NCBI GenBank assembly: GCA_950097015.1
Contig: CATNEN010000003.1
Span: 13,206,001 to 13,270,000, forward strand
DNA: 64,000 bases
Reading direction: 5' to 3'
Source of the DNA: Macrostomum hystrix
Taxonomy: Eukaryota; Animalia; Platyhelminthes
Below, in pieces: positions 12,433 to 25,277 of this stretch (positions are counted from its first letter, which is position 1; the number at the start of each line of letters is the position of its first letter). A model generated the notes under the pieces. That model made no database searches and was not told the origin of the DNA. It saw nothing but the letters and a program-made list of their open reading frames with translations. The position numbers and the translations under genes were made by a program.

Positions 12433-14165
12433 CTACAGCTCCGTCTTAGCTTCAGTCTCGGCAACATTTTCAGTTTCCTCAGCTTTTGATTCCTCAATTG
12501 GTGGAGGCGGCACTGGGGCTGCAGCAACAGGCGGATCTTCAAACTTCAAAGCCAGAAGAGACGTGGAGCACACATTGGCGGTGTCTAAGCAGAACTTGCC
12601 TTCGAGTTGTTCAACAGTCAGCGGCTGGGGCTGTGTCTGACGCAGCAGAGCTTTCAGCTCATCCTCGTGATCGTCAAGCAAAGATTCGCAACGCATTCTA
12701 AGCCAGTTATCAACGGAGGAGCCAGATGTCAGGTGACTGGTGTCAGCCGACTGACCGTCCTTTCTAGTCAGGGATACAAAAGTTCGACTGTCCGGCTGGC
12801 TAGGATGAGGCGCGTGACCCCAGCCAGACTGGAGCTGTTCGCAGGCGGACTCCAGAGCGTTTGTCAGGTGAGTGTCAGATCTGACATTGTTCGAGGGTGA
12901 TTTGTAGTTTAATTGTCATTGTTAAAGGACGCTAAAATGGGTGCCAGAGACACTAAATACAGTAGGTACAAGTAATAAGAATCTCGGACTCACGACTTGA
13001 AGGTCAAGGGTTCGACTCCCAACTGCACAAAAAATTGTGTCTTTTAAAAAGACACGTAACTTAACATTGCTTCGGTTCACCCAGCTGTTAAATAAGTGCC
13101 AGCATTAGCTGGGGTAATTGAGGGTAGGTTTAGCGCCCTTCCCAGTCAATGGACAGCCGTACGCAGCCTTCCGATGCGCCACGCATTAGCTGCGGCCACA
13201 GAATATTACAAAGAATGCTCAATTACGAAAAAACTATCTGGGCGAATTAAAATGCCATGAGCCTACTCTTGGGGAGAAGATTGTAAGTAGTACTAACCAT
13301 AGGTAACCTAAAGTCAACGAAGACCCGTGCAATAAAAGTATATTTAACTTGTATTACTGGTAACTGCTATCCAACGGCTGTGTGCAGTTATCAGTCTTTG
13401 GACTGGGGAGGCGCGTCACCCAAGGCACCTTCGAGCACCCAGTCCGAAAGCTGTTACAACCAAGGCTCCAATATTATCAAGATTGGGTCGATAATACAGC
13501 CTCATACAAACACAGTCATTTTAGAAAACAATAAAATGCCTAAGCTAATAATAATTGCAGGAGGGCTGCGGGCAGTGGCACATCATTTAGTGACACTAGA
13601 CCCGCGGCCAGCGAGGAGGCAATTCTGCCCATTTCGCTGACTCCTGAGCACACACGCACACAGATACTGTACGCAGGCACACGCTCACACAGGTGTGTAC
13701 ATCTGCCCTGACTTTCTCATCGTCTTTGGGGCACTGACAAAGTTGCATAAATTGCACGACAAGCCCCCAAGCCTTCTCTCCGCGGCTGCGCCCCAAATAA
13801 ATGTGGCCTCGCCGTTGAATCGAACTTAGGGACCCTGGTGCGAGAGGCAAACGCGATAACTGCTCTGCTACCAACCCCCCAATTGCTGACAGAGTAAAAA
13901 CGGCACCATACCTAGCATAGGGCACCTTGGCAACGCGTTGGTTGCCCTGCGAGTCGACTCTGAAGCTGCCAGTCTCAACAGTGCGGCCCTGAGCAGCTTC
14001 ATTTTCAACATTTTCATGAAGGTGGCGGACAACAATGCGGCATGCTGAGCAGACTAGATCTTTATCATTAGTAGCTGATGCAGCCAGATCAATGAGCACA
14101 ACCAGCAACATTAGCTTCATGATCAGATTAGATATTTTACAGTACTTTGATAGCATTTTGAGCAT
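12433..14165 (-). CDS. CNPY2: Canopy-2-like saposin-fold ER protein; exons 14165(or 14120)-13912 and 12880-12433
   Basis: Signal peptide, C.ACR, TGSFRVDSQGNQ..KVPYAR|SDTHLTNALESAC, LRMRCESLLDDHEDEL, KFC....NVC, and a C-terminal ER-retention-like KTEL*. The phase-2 splice joins the two exons in frame. Confidence 0.88.
12983..13200 (+). mobile_element. CORE-like SINE (family B)
   Basis: tRNA B-box ggttcgactccc followed by ...aagacac...ttgcttcggttcacccagctgttaaat.... Confidence 0.8.
13545..13880 (-). mobile_element. tRNA-derived SINE (family A)
   Basis: A-box/B-box head on the minus strand, body gatgagaaagtcagggcagatgtacacacctgtgtgagcgtgtgcctgcg...tcaggagtcagcgaaatgggcagaattgcctcc, (att)n tail. 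Confidence 0.8.
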
Positions 14166-16449
14166 AGCCAGCTCTTACTACTAGGAAGTGAGAAAATTCT
14201 GAAAGAAGTCCAAAAATGGCACAATAATATAGTAAAGTATAGTATAGAAATAAAAAACTACAGAAAATATTATAATTTTAAAGAGTCAAATATAAAAAGC
14301 TGTTATTGTACGATTTTAACTTTTTTGTCTTGTAATAACTTCTAGCAGGGTTTTACACAGTGTAGCAGTGTGTAGCTTTTAACAATGACTGAATGTAGAT
14401 AATTTATTTTACTAATATAAAGTTGTCTAGATAACTGTGTTGCTGTAGAATATAAATTTTAAATAAAACAACTTAATAAGATAATCTTTTCTTTTTTGGT
14501 TAAATCAGGAATAACAACTCTATAGATTAGAATTTTAATATAACACCGTGTTTTGATTTGTGCTAGCTATAAATATAGCTACTTTAAAATAAGTGTTGCC
14601 AAGCTACAGTTTTTTACAACATTTTAATAATTGAATTAAAAACAATGTAGCTTATGTTGATTTAATGATCTAATATGTTGATAATTCAAATATAATTAAA
14701 CAAAGAAGTTAAGTCCAGCCAAAGTATATTAGACCAAGTATATGGCCTTTAATTTTTTCTTCATTTTTAAGCCAATAAAAAACTACTTAACTAAGGAATG
14801 ATCGTCTTTAAATTGGTACCTTAAAATATATTATACACACATTAGTAATAATTCTACCTAGTTATAAAGCTTAAAATAGTATATAAGATTGGTCAAATTG
14901 TTTACAGTTATGATTTTGTCTTCTTTTTAAAATAAATATATAAATGTAAGCAGATAGCAACATACTGAACAAAAGCCTATAATATACATGATACGAATTT
15001 ACTATAAAATTACACTTTTACACCTGTTATCCTTACTTTGCTTTGCTTTATAAAAAATCCATTATAAAGTAAAAATTCACACCAGTGAGGCTAAACACAT
15101 AATTAGGGTAGACTATTTCTAAGTAACACATGCTTTTTTGATTAGGAAATTTGCATTTTTATATTTACCAACTTAATTATAATTTTTTGCTTTTTTCTAC
15201 AAAAGCAACTCTAGCAAGAGGTTGTATTGCACATGGATGAACTATTGTTAATTAAGTAGGTTAGTAAACAGCCCTTTAAAATAATATATTCTACTTTATG
15301 CGTTTTCTATGCCTTAAGAACTATTTCCAACTATAATAAAATTATAGCTGGGCGGACTATTATAATATTATAGTTATTAATACAAGAACCACAGAATTAA
15401 AAAGTGACGAACACTTAAGTTTCTACGAAATTTAGTGTTTCAACTTGGAAACTCAAAAAGACGCCTCACGCTTGATTACCGTCTGAGTAATGTAAAACAA
15501 AGTAATTACATAAATTTGAGCGTCATAGACTTTTGATTATGACGCAAGTACTGAATTCAGTTTTATGCATTTTTATTCCAGTATTACTGGTTTTATGAGT
15601 CTAAACTAGAAGATTGGGGAATCGGACCTACTTGGTCAAATTTTCCACAAGGTCACGAAGTCAAGTCTTGAATTTATCTACATCGCATTCCGTGTAAATT
15701 TCCTTATTACTATTTTTTACTTTTTGACAGATGCTTTTTATTTTGCTGATGCCGACAACAATTAGGGACGTCGATATTTGCTGACTGCCCTAGTTCGCAG
15801 GAGAAGAGCAGAAAATATCAGTTTCTAACTTCAATATGTCAATGTCGAATCGTCGCATCGTCTCATTGTGGCTAGCATGGAGGCGTCAGCGCTGACAATG
15901 TGTGGAACGTCACTGACTATGAGCAGTCGAAGCAAAGTAGTCGATTTTTTTATTAAAAGCAAATCCAGCTTCCATTGACACATTGACAAATTTGAAATCA
16001 CTTTACAAGACTTAAAAACCAAAAATCAGATATTGACCAAATTTCAAAAATGCAACTGACCCAATAAAAATACGAGTCAGCGGTCATTGGGGCACAAGTT
16101 ACACGCGCCAATCGATTTTAATGCATTTTTCAGTTAAGTGCTAAATAATCAAAGCATCAAGGCATACTAAACGTATAGTAGTTGACACCACCAGATGGTA
16201 ATTATTAGGACTATGTTACGAAGGCTTCAGTTTGATGCTGCCAATAGATTCCGTGGTAGTATTCGGCGTTCTGAAATGAGAAAAATATAATTTTATTATA
16301 CTGTCCATCTCACAAAAACTTTTCTAGAGGATCTATAAGAATTGCTATAACACCTGAACGCTAAAGTGGAATCGGCAATCAACTTAAACATTTATGAGCA
16401 ATTTACAATCTACCTGAAGAAACTAGGATAAATTTAAAATATGATATTT

Positions 16450-16745
16450 TTATTACCCTGCCTCAATTGGGCCAGCTGCCAGTGCAGCCGACAGCTCAGC
16501 CGAAGCTATTGCTCGGCGCATTTTAAGGCTGAGTACGACTGTTCAGTCCATGGACTGGGGGGATGCCACACCACCCTTGATTACACCAGCTAATGCTGGT
16601 ACCCGATTAATTGCTGGTTGAACTGAAGCAGTGCAGAGTTAGTGTCCTGCTAATGGAAACAAGTTGTTCCAGTGGAATCGGGAATCGAACCCACGACCCA
16701 CACGTCATGAGTCCAACCCTGAAACCACTAGGCTACAACCCTTTT
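16450..16745 (-). mobile_element. CORE-like SINE (family B), near full length
   Basis: Head ggttgtagcctagtgg...ggttcgattcccg, CORE-like middle, same 3' body as the other copies. Confidence 0.85.
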
Positions 16746-16921
16746 GGCTAAAATCTAAGTAAAAAATACGCGTAAATAAGAATTTACCTGAAGAATTAAT
16801 AATTAGTTCTATAGAAAATTTAATTGAAAATGCGCAAGAATTAGTTATCTACTACTTCAAGTACTACAGGATTCTGAACACAAGTAGCTAAAAGCAGAAA
16901 AGTGGCTCTCACCCGCTGCTC

Positions 16922-19918
16922 TCATTCCGATCGCGAACTGTCGGACTTGCGAAAGATTTCAACCCTATCCACTAGTCCGAGCCCGACGGTGTCAATCCAA
17001 CTTGCGGCCAGCTTGGTGACGTCATTCGCAGCGCAGTCAGGCCGCAGTAGGACGCCAATGACTCGGCCGCCGTAGCAGTCCGCTAAAAAGTGCGCCTGCC
17101 TGCCGTGAGCAGCCGTCAGCTTATGTAGAAGCTGCTCAACCCAATTAAATCCTGGACTTAAACGATTCGAATTGATAAGATCTTCGTCTTCAACGCTAAT
17201 ATCGTCTCCAGCTCGCAGTCGTTCGACGCTGAACTCGACAAACGGCGGCTGTTGCGTCAGATGCAGCAGGGCGTCAAATGTCTCCGGCGCCGGAGTAAAA
17301 GTGGCAGCTAGTGAAGCGGCAGAGATGGCAGTGCTACTCCCGCTAGTGAGGCGCAGGTCCAAGGCGTTTAAAGTTGATCTGGCGCACAAACGCAGCCGCG
17401 CTAGCAGCTGACTGTCTGGCTTGGCGCTAGTGAAGACAGAATCAGTTCTTTCCTGCGGACAGGCCAGAAACATTGCCGGCAGGTGACGTCGGCGCTTTTG
17501 AAAGTCGACCTCAATCTCTGCACGATCCTGTGCGCTGAGCGACTCGTTAAGGTTCACTATTAGTGGCTTCGCCTGCGAAAATAAAGAATAGTAATGAATA
17601 CTGAAGGTCACATAACAGTTGCCAGAATGACTATTTAGCAACTCCATATACAGCAAGACTATACAGCATGACTATACAGCATGACTATACAGCATGACTA
17701 TACAGTTGACTATACAGTTGACTATACAGCATGACTATACAGTTGACTATACAGTTGACTATACAGCATGACTATGCAGCATGACTATAAGTTGACTATA
17801 CAGCATGACTATACAGCATGACTATACAGTTGACTATACAGCATGACTATACAGTTGACTATACAGCATGACTATACAGAATGACTATACAGCATGACTA
17901 TACAGTTGACTATACAGCATGACTATACAGTTGACTATACAGCATGACTATACAGCATGACTATACAGCATGACTATACAGCATGACTATAAAGCATAAC
18001 TAAATAGCATGACCAGACCAGTGGCTAGCATGACCACATTGTATGACCAGACCAGACCGGTGGCTAGCATGAGTATATAAAGTATGACCAGACCAGCGGC
18101 TAGCATGACCACACAGCATGACCAGACCAGTGGCTAGCATGACCACACAGTATGACCAGACCAGAGGCTAGCATGACCAGACCAGTGGCTAATCATTCCG
18201 CTCACCTGGAAGTCGTGCTCAGCCAGTAGTTTGAGAACAAGCAGAAATCCGCGCATAGCCGAACAGTGCATTGAGTTCAGCGCAACCCAAGCACAAAGCA
18301 GCTCAGCTGCTAGAGGTTCCACGGCTGTGCCAAGCAGCATGTGACCAGCTAGCCAACGAAGGCACAGTCGGACAGTCTCACTGTGAGTCGGCCGTTGGCT
18401 AGTCAGGCCGCGAAGAGCTCCGGCCAGTGTGGGCTGAATCGTCAGGTCGCGCTCCAACTGGCGCGATTCAGCGCAGTCAGCCCTAACCAACTGCTGCCGC
18501 TGCTGCTGTTGCTGCCGCTGCGATCGCTGCTCTAAATCGGCTACGGGAGCGTCGGGTAGTCCAGCCTGTCTGGCTAGGACGGCCTCTTTAGGCAGGGCCA
18601 GCCGCAGGTAGAACCGATGCTGATAGCGCCAGGTAACCAACACGCCTGATCGGCAGGCTACTATGCTGCTTGCTTCGTTACGAGGCAGACAGGAGCGCAT
18701 TGTCTGGGTTAGCGGATATGGGAGTGACGTAGCAATATAATATAAAACGAATTATTCTCATAGCAATATAATAAACCAGGCACCATCTATGCTGTTAAAA
18801 TTTTGACACTAAAGTTGCCTGTATAAGTACATGAAACAAATTAAATGGTCATTGCTTCAATAACCCCCCTGAAGTCATGCTGAATGCCATTGCTGCCAGA
18901 ACAGGGATTACTGTGGACTCCAGAACACCCTAAGTCATCATGAGTGCCATTGCCGCCTGAAGTCATCCTGAATATTACTTATAGCAGCCACGAAAGCATT
19001 CTTACCTGAGCCAATTTCAGACAGAACAGAGTTTTCATAGCTCGAAACGGTGTTAGTAGGGCCGGCCACTTTCCGCTGGTCTCCAATTGCACGTGACATT
19101 CAAGCAGCAGCGGAAATAATTTTGTACCCGGCGGTGGCAGAAGGCAGGCGCCGCGAAATGCCGGCGATACAGCCAGCAGGCCGGTGATGCCGAGCGGCAT
19201 TGTCGAGTTGCAAATCGATGTCAGCCGGCTCGACAACTCGGCCAGGCTGGCGTTGAGGTTGGCGACGGCTGATGACCAAGTTGAATGATGCTGCCTAGAC
19301 GGCTGCAGTAGCGGCCTCAACTGACAGTGCAGCTGGCGATATTGGCCAATCCGACAGCCGAGCTGTTGGCGCAGCACCCAATCGATGACGCGCTGGGACA
19401 CGTGACTGCCCCGCCAGACTAGGGTCTCGCGAACTTCGCCGCCAGCGTGACGCAGCTCAGATTTTCCAGACCAGAATTGACGAAAGTCTGCGGACTGCAT
19501 GAATAATTCATAAGTCCCTGCTTATGTATAGCAAGTGCATCAACAGAATGAAAGCAGTTATGATCAGACCTCAGGTAAAAAAAGTACAAACCTCAGGTGA
19601 TCCATATTTGGGCCCTTTATCCACCGAGGCAAAGTATGTCAACGGATTAAGATTGATGCCTAGCACGATGCAGCGCTGCGAATAAAAAAACAATATCGTA
19701 TAGTTTTTTATTGAAAACGTTAAAATAAAATTAAAAAAAATGCGCTCACACTACTAGTGCCAGTAGCAGCGGCGGACTCAATGGTAGTGGCTCTAGTCAC
19801 TAAGGCCTTACTAAGGTGACTGATAAGCGCGTCAATTAGACTGGCGCGATCAGTTATGGAGAAGCCGCGCTTCCTCAATGAAACTGACAGCTGCTGCAGT
19901 GTGTGCTCGCCTTGGATA
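16922..19918 (-). CDS. NOL6: Nucleolar protein 6 (Nrap/Utp22), C-terminal half only; exons 19918-19750, 19675-19592, 19494-19006, 18703-18206, 17572-16922
   Basis: LGINLNP....VDKGP, FRQFWSGKSELR, VQLETSGKWP, TVRLCLRWLAGHML, PLIVNLN, YGGRVIGV and GLGLVDRV are Nrap-family motifs. Splices are phase-consistent. No N-terminal Nrap exons were found. Confidence 0.88.
17645..18190. repeat. 12-13-bp minisatellite (gcatgactataca)n grading into a ~33-bp related repeat
   Basis: Fills the last coding intron of NOL6. Confidence 0.93.
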
Positions 19919-22659
19919 CTGCAATTCAGGTCACGTGACCATCAGGTGGGAATAGACTTCGAGTCCTGATAGACACTATAAATTCTACTCAATAGATAGT
20001 AATTAATAATGAAACTTACATTAAAATATGGTCATGCTCAAGAAGAAAGCTTCTAGACATTAGACGCAAGCTTGGGTCCAAGTCAACCCTACTAGCATTC
20101 TTCTTAGAAGCAGAGTTAGCTTTTAGAATCTTGCCACACTTCTTAAAACCAGCTTTTGTTACCAAGTGTAACGCACCCTTTTTGCTATTCCCAACTTTGC
20201 TGATCTGCTTCTTGTCACTTTTCATTATTTTGCCTGGAAGGTTCAGTGAACTGTTTTAGAATGTGATCCAAAATTATAACATATCTAGACATATTATATA
20301 GAATTGTTTTCATTTTGTTTAGAGGTGTATATTTTAGTTTTGCGTGTATTTAAGTGGACAAGAATATCTAATATTTTAATTTATGCCTAAATGACACTGA
20401 ATCCATGCTAACTGTAATAGCTGTTGGGTAAAGATATAAAATTTCATAATAATTACAGGGTATGTGATCTAATGCAGCCTAAAACAAGAGTATACAAGAT
20501 TGCTAATGTCATATTTACATACATAGGATAGTCTATATAAATGATTGATGCCAGGAATTACCAGGGATAAAATACTCATCGATTTTAAGGCAGGGCTCAG
20601 CAACCAGATATACATTGAGGGCCAAAGAGAGAATTGAAAATATAAAAGCTGGCAACATTGACTATGGAATAAGACATGAAAGAGATTGGACATGTGGGAG
20701 ATCAGAAACAAGTTAGGTGAGACAGGAAAATAAGATAAAGAGGTGAGACAGGATTGAAAAAGACAAAAAATATGAGACAGGAGGAAGGAGAGGTAGGACA
20801 GAGACTAGGAGAAAGATGGGTTAGATAAGACATGGAAATGAAATCACAGTAATGTGAGAAGAAATGAGGGAAAGGATGAGACAAGAAACAGATCTAGAAT
20901 TAAATGCAAGCAGTCAAGCTAAGAGAGATAAGACCATAATTAGACAGTGAGACATAAGATAAGACATTGAGACAATAAATGTGAGTGTTTCCCTAGTTGG
21001 GAAACAAGTAATAAAAGCCTCAGTGCCTACAAAATTTTTTTCATCTTAAATTGTCTTCATATTCTTTATATTAAAGGTGATGGTTCTGACTAGGTTTTTG
21101 CCTTGTTGGTTGATAAACTAATGTAGTTGTTGGTCAGTGTTCATCTGGCTTTGGCTGACTTCTTATCCCAGAGTGTTGTGTGTCTGCTATTTCTTCTCCT
21201 AAACATTTATTTAATAATACTTACACTTTAGCATTCGCTTGACTTAATCATTTTTTCCCTGTTGCTTCATTTATCATGCCAATTGCCTGTCTTTCTTGCT
21301 GGTTTAAGCTAATTAATTTTTTACTTAAATTTAAATGACTGATGCTAATATTTATAGTCTAAACCATAGCCTAGGGCCTATCTTATACAAGTTTTAAGGT
21401 GATCTGATGGTCAAAAAAGAAAGTTAGGTTATTCAATATATTAAAACTAAAAAGATAAATATTTCATTTCCTTTTTTACTTGTCACTGACATTATATATT
21501 TCCATGTAAAGTTTAAATGGTGTGGCATAAGTTCATAGGCTAATGGATTATATTTTATCTTTTGGTCTTGTCTAGAGTTACTTGAAAAAATCTGTATTTC
21601 TTGAAATAAAAAGGGACTAGAACTTGTCTTGATTTTTGTATTGATGAGATTTCAACACACCTCTAAAAGAAAGACAGAGAAGATAATAATTTTATATAAA
21701 AACTGTACATGATAATGTTAGGCACTTATTACTTAAATGATAAATTAATTTAATAAAAACTAAAAAACTGGACAATAATTGAATGATCGATGGTTGCAAA
21801 CTTACAAAGTTAGCTAATAATATATAATGTCATGAGCCCTTTCTTATATTGCTTAGAAGTTAATTATTTCATGAGCTCAGATGAAAAATCTAAATACTAG
21901 GCTTAAAGTAGTCCTAGCCATTCCATCTGTTCAAATGTGTCTATCTACGACTGTGTATAGGCTTGTCTTGGATTCTGCCCTAGCCAAATTAAATTAACTT
22001 ACACCGAATCAGACATAGGAATCCACTCTAGCAAGAGTCAACAACAAATTCAATCACATTAAAAATGCATGCCCGCCACTACAAGTTAGGACATTGTGTA
22101 GCAGAAATAAAGATAAAAACATAGTTTATCTGTTTATTCTTCTTGTAAACTAAACTTTTTGACACACTAACTACAGCTACAGACCAATATACTAGGCAAG
22201 ACCCGAGACCCGTAATCTGAAATTTATGGACAAAACTAAGGCGTCTTAAATTGGCGCATAATGTGTTTTAGCTGAAAACTGTAAAACAAAGGCGGTAAAG
22301 GTAAATAGGTTTAAGGAATCTTACCCAGAAATATAAATAAAAGAAAATTTATCATGGATTTTCATGGACTTTCTGTGACGCAGTTCCAAAAATTATCAAG
22401 TAAATAAAGTCACCCGTGTTGATAGAGATAGGGTCTAAGAAACGGTAATCGAACATGCGCGACGGTTGCCTAATGGGCAACTCCGAACATGTTCTTTGTT
22501 CCGAGAACATGTTCTTTTTAATTTATAAGGCTTCGTAATGTAAAATATATATAGGTAGCTACGTGCTGAATGCGCCGTTGAGAGAAAACTATATTGCTGT
22601 TGCTGGCTAATATGTACGTTAAGTTAAGTGCTGGTGAACTAGGATATTACTAGACATAG

Positions 22660-23542
22660 TGTTGTGAGCTGCGTCTCATAACGACCTTGCCCCGACCCCT
22701 GCGTCTCCAGCCCTTCCACCCCAGCCGCCTGCTCAATCCGGTTCTGCCCGGCCCCGGCTTAGGCCACCCTCCGTTGGCGTGTTTGTCGTTTGTCATTCGC
22801 CCATTGGCTGTCCCCTGTGCCGTCCTCGCTAGTCCAATCAGGCCTCTCGCCAAGGAGGCTTCTGATTGGCTAGCCGGTCTCCTTCTCTCTCTCTCGGCTT
22901 GCAGCCGACCCCAGCCCAGCCCTGTTTGCTACCACCCCAGCCCTGCGTGGCTTAGCCCTACCCCGTCCAGCCCTATGCCCTCGCCCCACCCCACGCTGTT
23001 ACTTATTTGCGCGCGCTGCCCGTAGCCAGCCCCCGCGCCTCCAGAGTAATAGGGCGAGAACGTTGGCGAAGCTAATACAACATTAGAAAGTAGAATCCAT
23101 AATAAACGACGCAGCCTGAAGCACAATTTATTGCATGAGTTCCACGTTCAACCCCTCCCGGTAAGAAAAGCATTCACGCTTTATTTATTTCTTTATTATC
23201 GAATCTTGTTCCTCTGCCCAACCTCGGCTGTTGCCAAAAACTCACCATCATCCTTCTCCTCCAGAGTCTTCCTCGAGTCTGCGAAGTGTCGGTACGCTTC
23301 CAGACCATCATCTACCTCTCTCTTGTGCTGTCGAGTGGCTACCCGCTCGCAGTCAAAACCTTCAGTCAGGGCTTAGCGAGTGTCGGTACGCTCCAAGTCC
23401 ATCCCGTCTCTCCTCGGAGTGTCTGGACGCCTCGAGGGTCGCTGCTTCCCCCCCCCCTCTACCCCCGGCCAGCTTTGGGCGGTCCGTACCCGAACCCCCA
23501 CTACCGCGTTGGCGAACTGCCGACAACGAAAGAATTACAACA
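22660..23542. mobile_element. Solo LTR (Gypsy-like)
   Basis: TGTTGT...ACAACA termini, 4-bp TSD atag on both sides, internal CCAAT-type boxes and AATAAA motifs, GC-rich relative to flanks. Confidence 0.8.
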
Positions 23543-23556
23543 ATAGTATGGTTTAA

Positions 23557-23876
23557 TAATAATTTAATTAATAATAATTGATTACACCTGCCCCAATTGG
23601 GTCAGATGTGCAGCCGACAGCACAGCCGCAGCTAATGCGCGGCGCATCTGAAGGCTGCGTACTGCTGTTCAGTCCACGGACTGGGGGGACGCCACACCCA
23701 CGTACCTTCAATTATCCCAGCTGATGTTGGTACCCATTTAACAGCTGGGTGAACTGAAGCAATGCAGAGTTAAGTGTCTTGCTAAAGGACGCAAATTGTT
23801 CCAGTGGAGTCGGGAATCGAACCCCTGACCTTCAAGTCGTGAGTCCGACGCCTTAACCACTAGGCTACAACCTCTC
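23557..23876 (-). mobile_element. CORE-like SINE (family B), full length
   Basis: tRNA head (A box tagcctagtgg, B box ggttcgattcc), CORE-like gtcctttagcaagacacttaactctgcattgcttcagttcacccagctgttaaatggg, (att)n tail, TSD tggtttaa (23549-23556 / 23877-23884). Confidence 0.88.
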
Positions 23877-25277
23877 TGGTTTAACTCTGTCTTTTTTGTT
23901 GACCTTATGCCAAGGAAGGCATAGTTTTTTCTTCATTTTTTCTTCACCTAGCGGTATTTAATATACATTAAGTAGCCTTATTAATTTAAAAGAACATGTT
24001 CTCGGAACAAAGAACATGTTCGGGGTTGCCTATTAGGCGACCGTCGCGCATGTTCGATGTAGCCTAAGAGTCGTCAACACGGCTGATAAAGTGCAAAGTT
24101 GAAAGTGTAACTGTTAAGTGTTAAAAGTGTCAATAGACTGTTAATATTCTATTGCAACACCTTTAATTCGATAAATTTCCTTGATTTTACTTAACTAATT
24201 TAATTACAAAAAACTATGTTGACTCTCATAGGTACAACCCGGCTGACGTTACCAATGGCTGCATACAGCTATTAATTCAGTCCATGTACTGGATGCCCAA
24301 TATTCTGAGAGTCACACTGAAGTAGATAGACAATGATAAATCAAATAACCTTTGATCGAATAGTCATTTTTCTATTTAATTCAAAAGCTAAAGTGCTATT
24401 TACGCCTGTACATGTGAGCTAGTACAACGTTAACGGGGACCGAAAAATTTAAACTTAACTCCTACAATTCATCAATCCCATAGCACAGTTTCAGGTACAA
24501 ATACAGCTTAGCGTTGCCTTGAATATTCAGGAAAGTAATTCTAGAGTAAAGCCAGTTTTCACCTCGGACCTGAATAATCCAACAGTAATCGATTCCATCG
24601 TTCAATAAGCTGATCTTTTCGAAAATCCAATGAAAACTTAATCTCGCCAGACTAAAATTTTGCGATAATATGAAAATAACTATTCTGCGGATAGCGATGA
24701 TAGAATCGTTTGCCGATGCAGGTAAGAGTTTTGATTTTGGCTTTCGTTTAGCAGGAATTTGGATTTTGATTGGTAATAAAAAATTGTCAGAGATGTAGGG
24801 AAGCCTCTCATAAAGAGTCGCATGGATAACTGCAGATAATGCCCACGAGGGACTACGCTAGCGAAAGCCTGCTTCTTGCTGTCAAGAAAATTTCGCTAGA
24901 AAATAACGAAAAGCGTAAAAGCAAAGCCGGCGAGTCGCTCATACGATAGCTGAGAACTCCAACAATGCGACACAGCTCACTGCAATGCGAGCTCTGATGA
25001 AATTCACTGAGCCATGTTGAGCCAGGCGGGCCTTATTTTAGGCCGCAGTAATTCGGAAATTATATTCGATTTTTATTTCCACGGCAACGCCATGCTTCCT
25101 GCAGTTTCCATTATCCGGCCTGCATTTAACCTACGTCTGACAAGTAAGTCTTTGGGGACTTTTCTAGTCGATATGCAGCACACTAGCTTTAGTTAGCAAA
25201 GTTTGGGTAACGTGGCATCCAACAATAATCCTTTATGACTAACGGGTAAGTGGACCGGCTCTATCAATCTTCTTCAG

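Larger units (their letters stand above)
22411..24085. mobile_element. Non-autonomous DNA transposon (P-element-like, CA...TG, 7-bp TSD) carrying nested insertions
   Basis: Termini cacccgtgttga / tcaacacggctg; TSD ataaagt (22404-22410, 24086-24092); ~70-bp subterminal inverted repeats at ~22448-22522 and ~23983-24059. Confidence 0.75.

Noticed and set aside
13596-13911. C-terminal part of the 189-aa ORF as CNPY2 coding sequence
   Set aside because: It lies beyond the donor at 13911 and is SINE family A sequence; the same peptide recurs at other SINE copies.
20016-20225. Lys-rich 69-aa ORF as a NOL6 N-terminal exon
   Set aside because: No recognisable Nrap similarity or clear in-phase splice to the 19918 exon; the context is AT-rich intron.
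23800-23876. tRNA gene
   Set aside because: The acceptor stem is imperfect and the sequence runs into a SINE body, tail and TSD. It is a SINE head, as are the other A/B-box hits.
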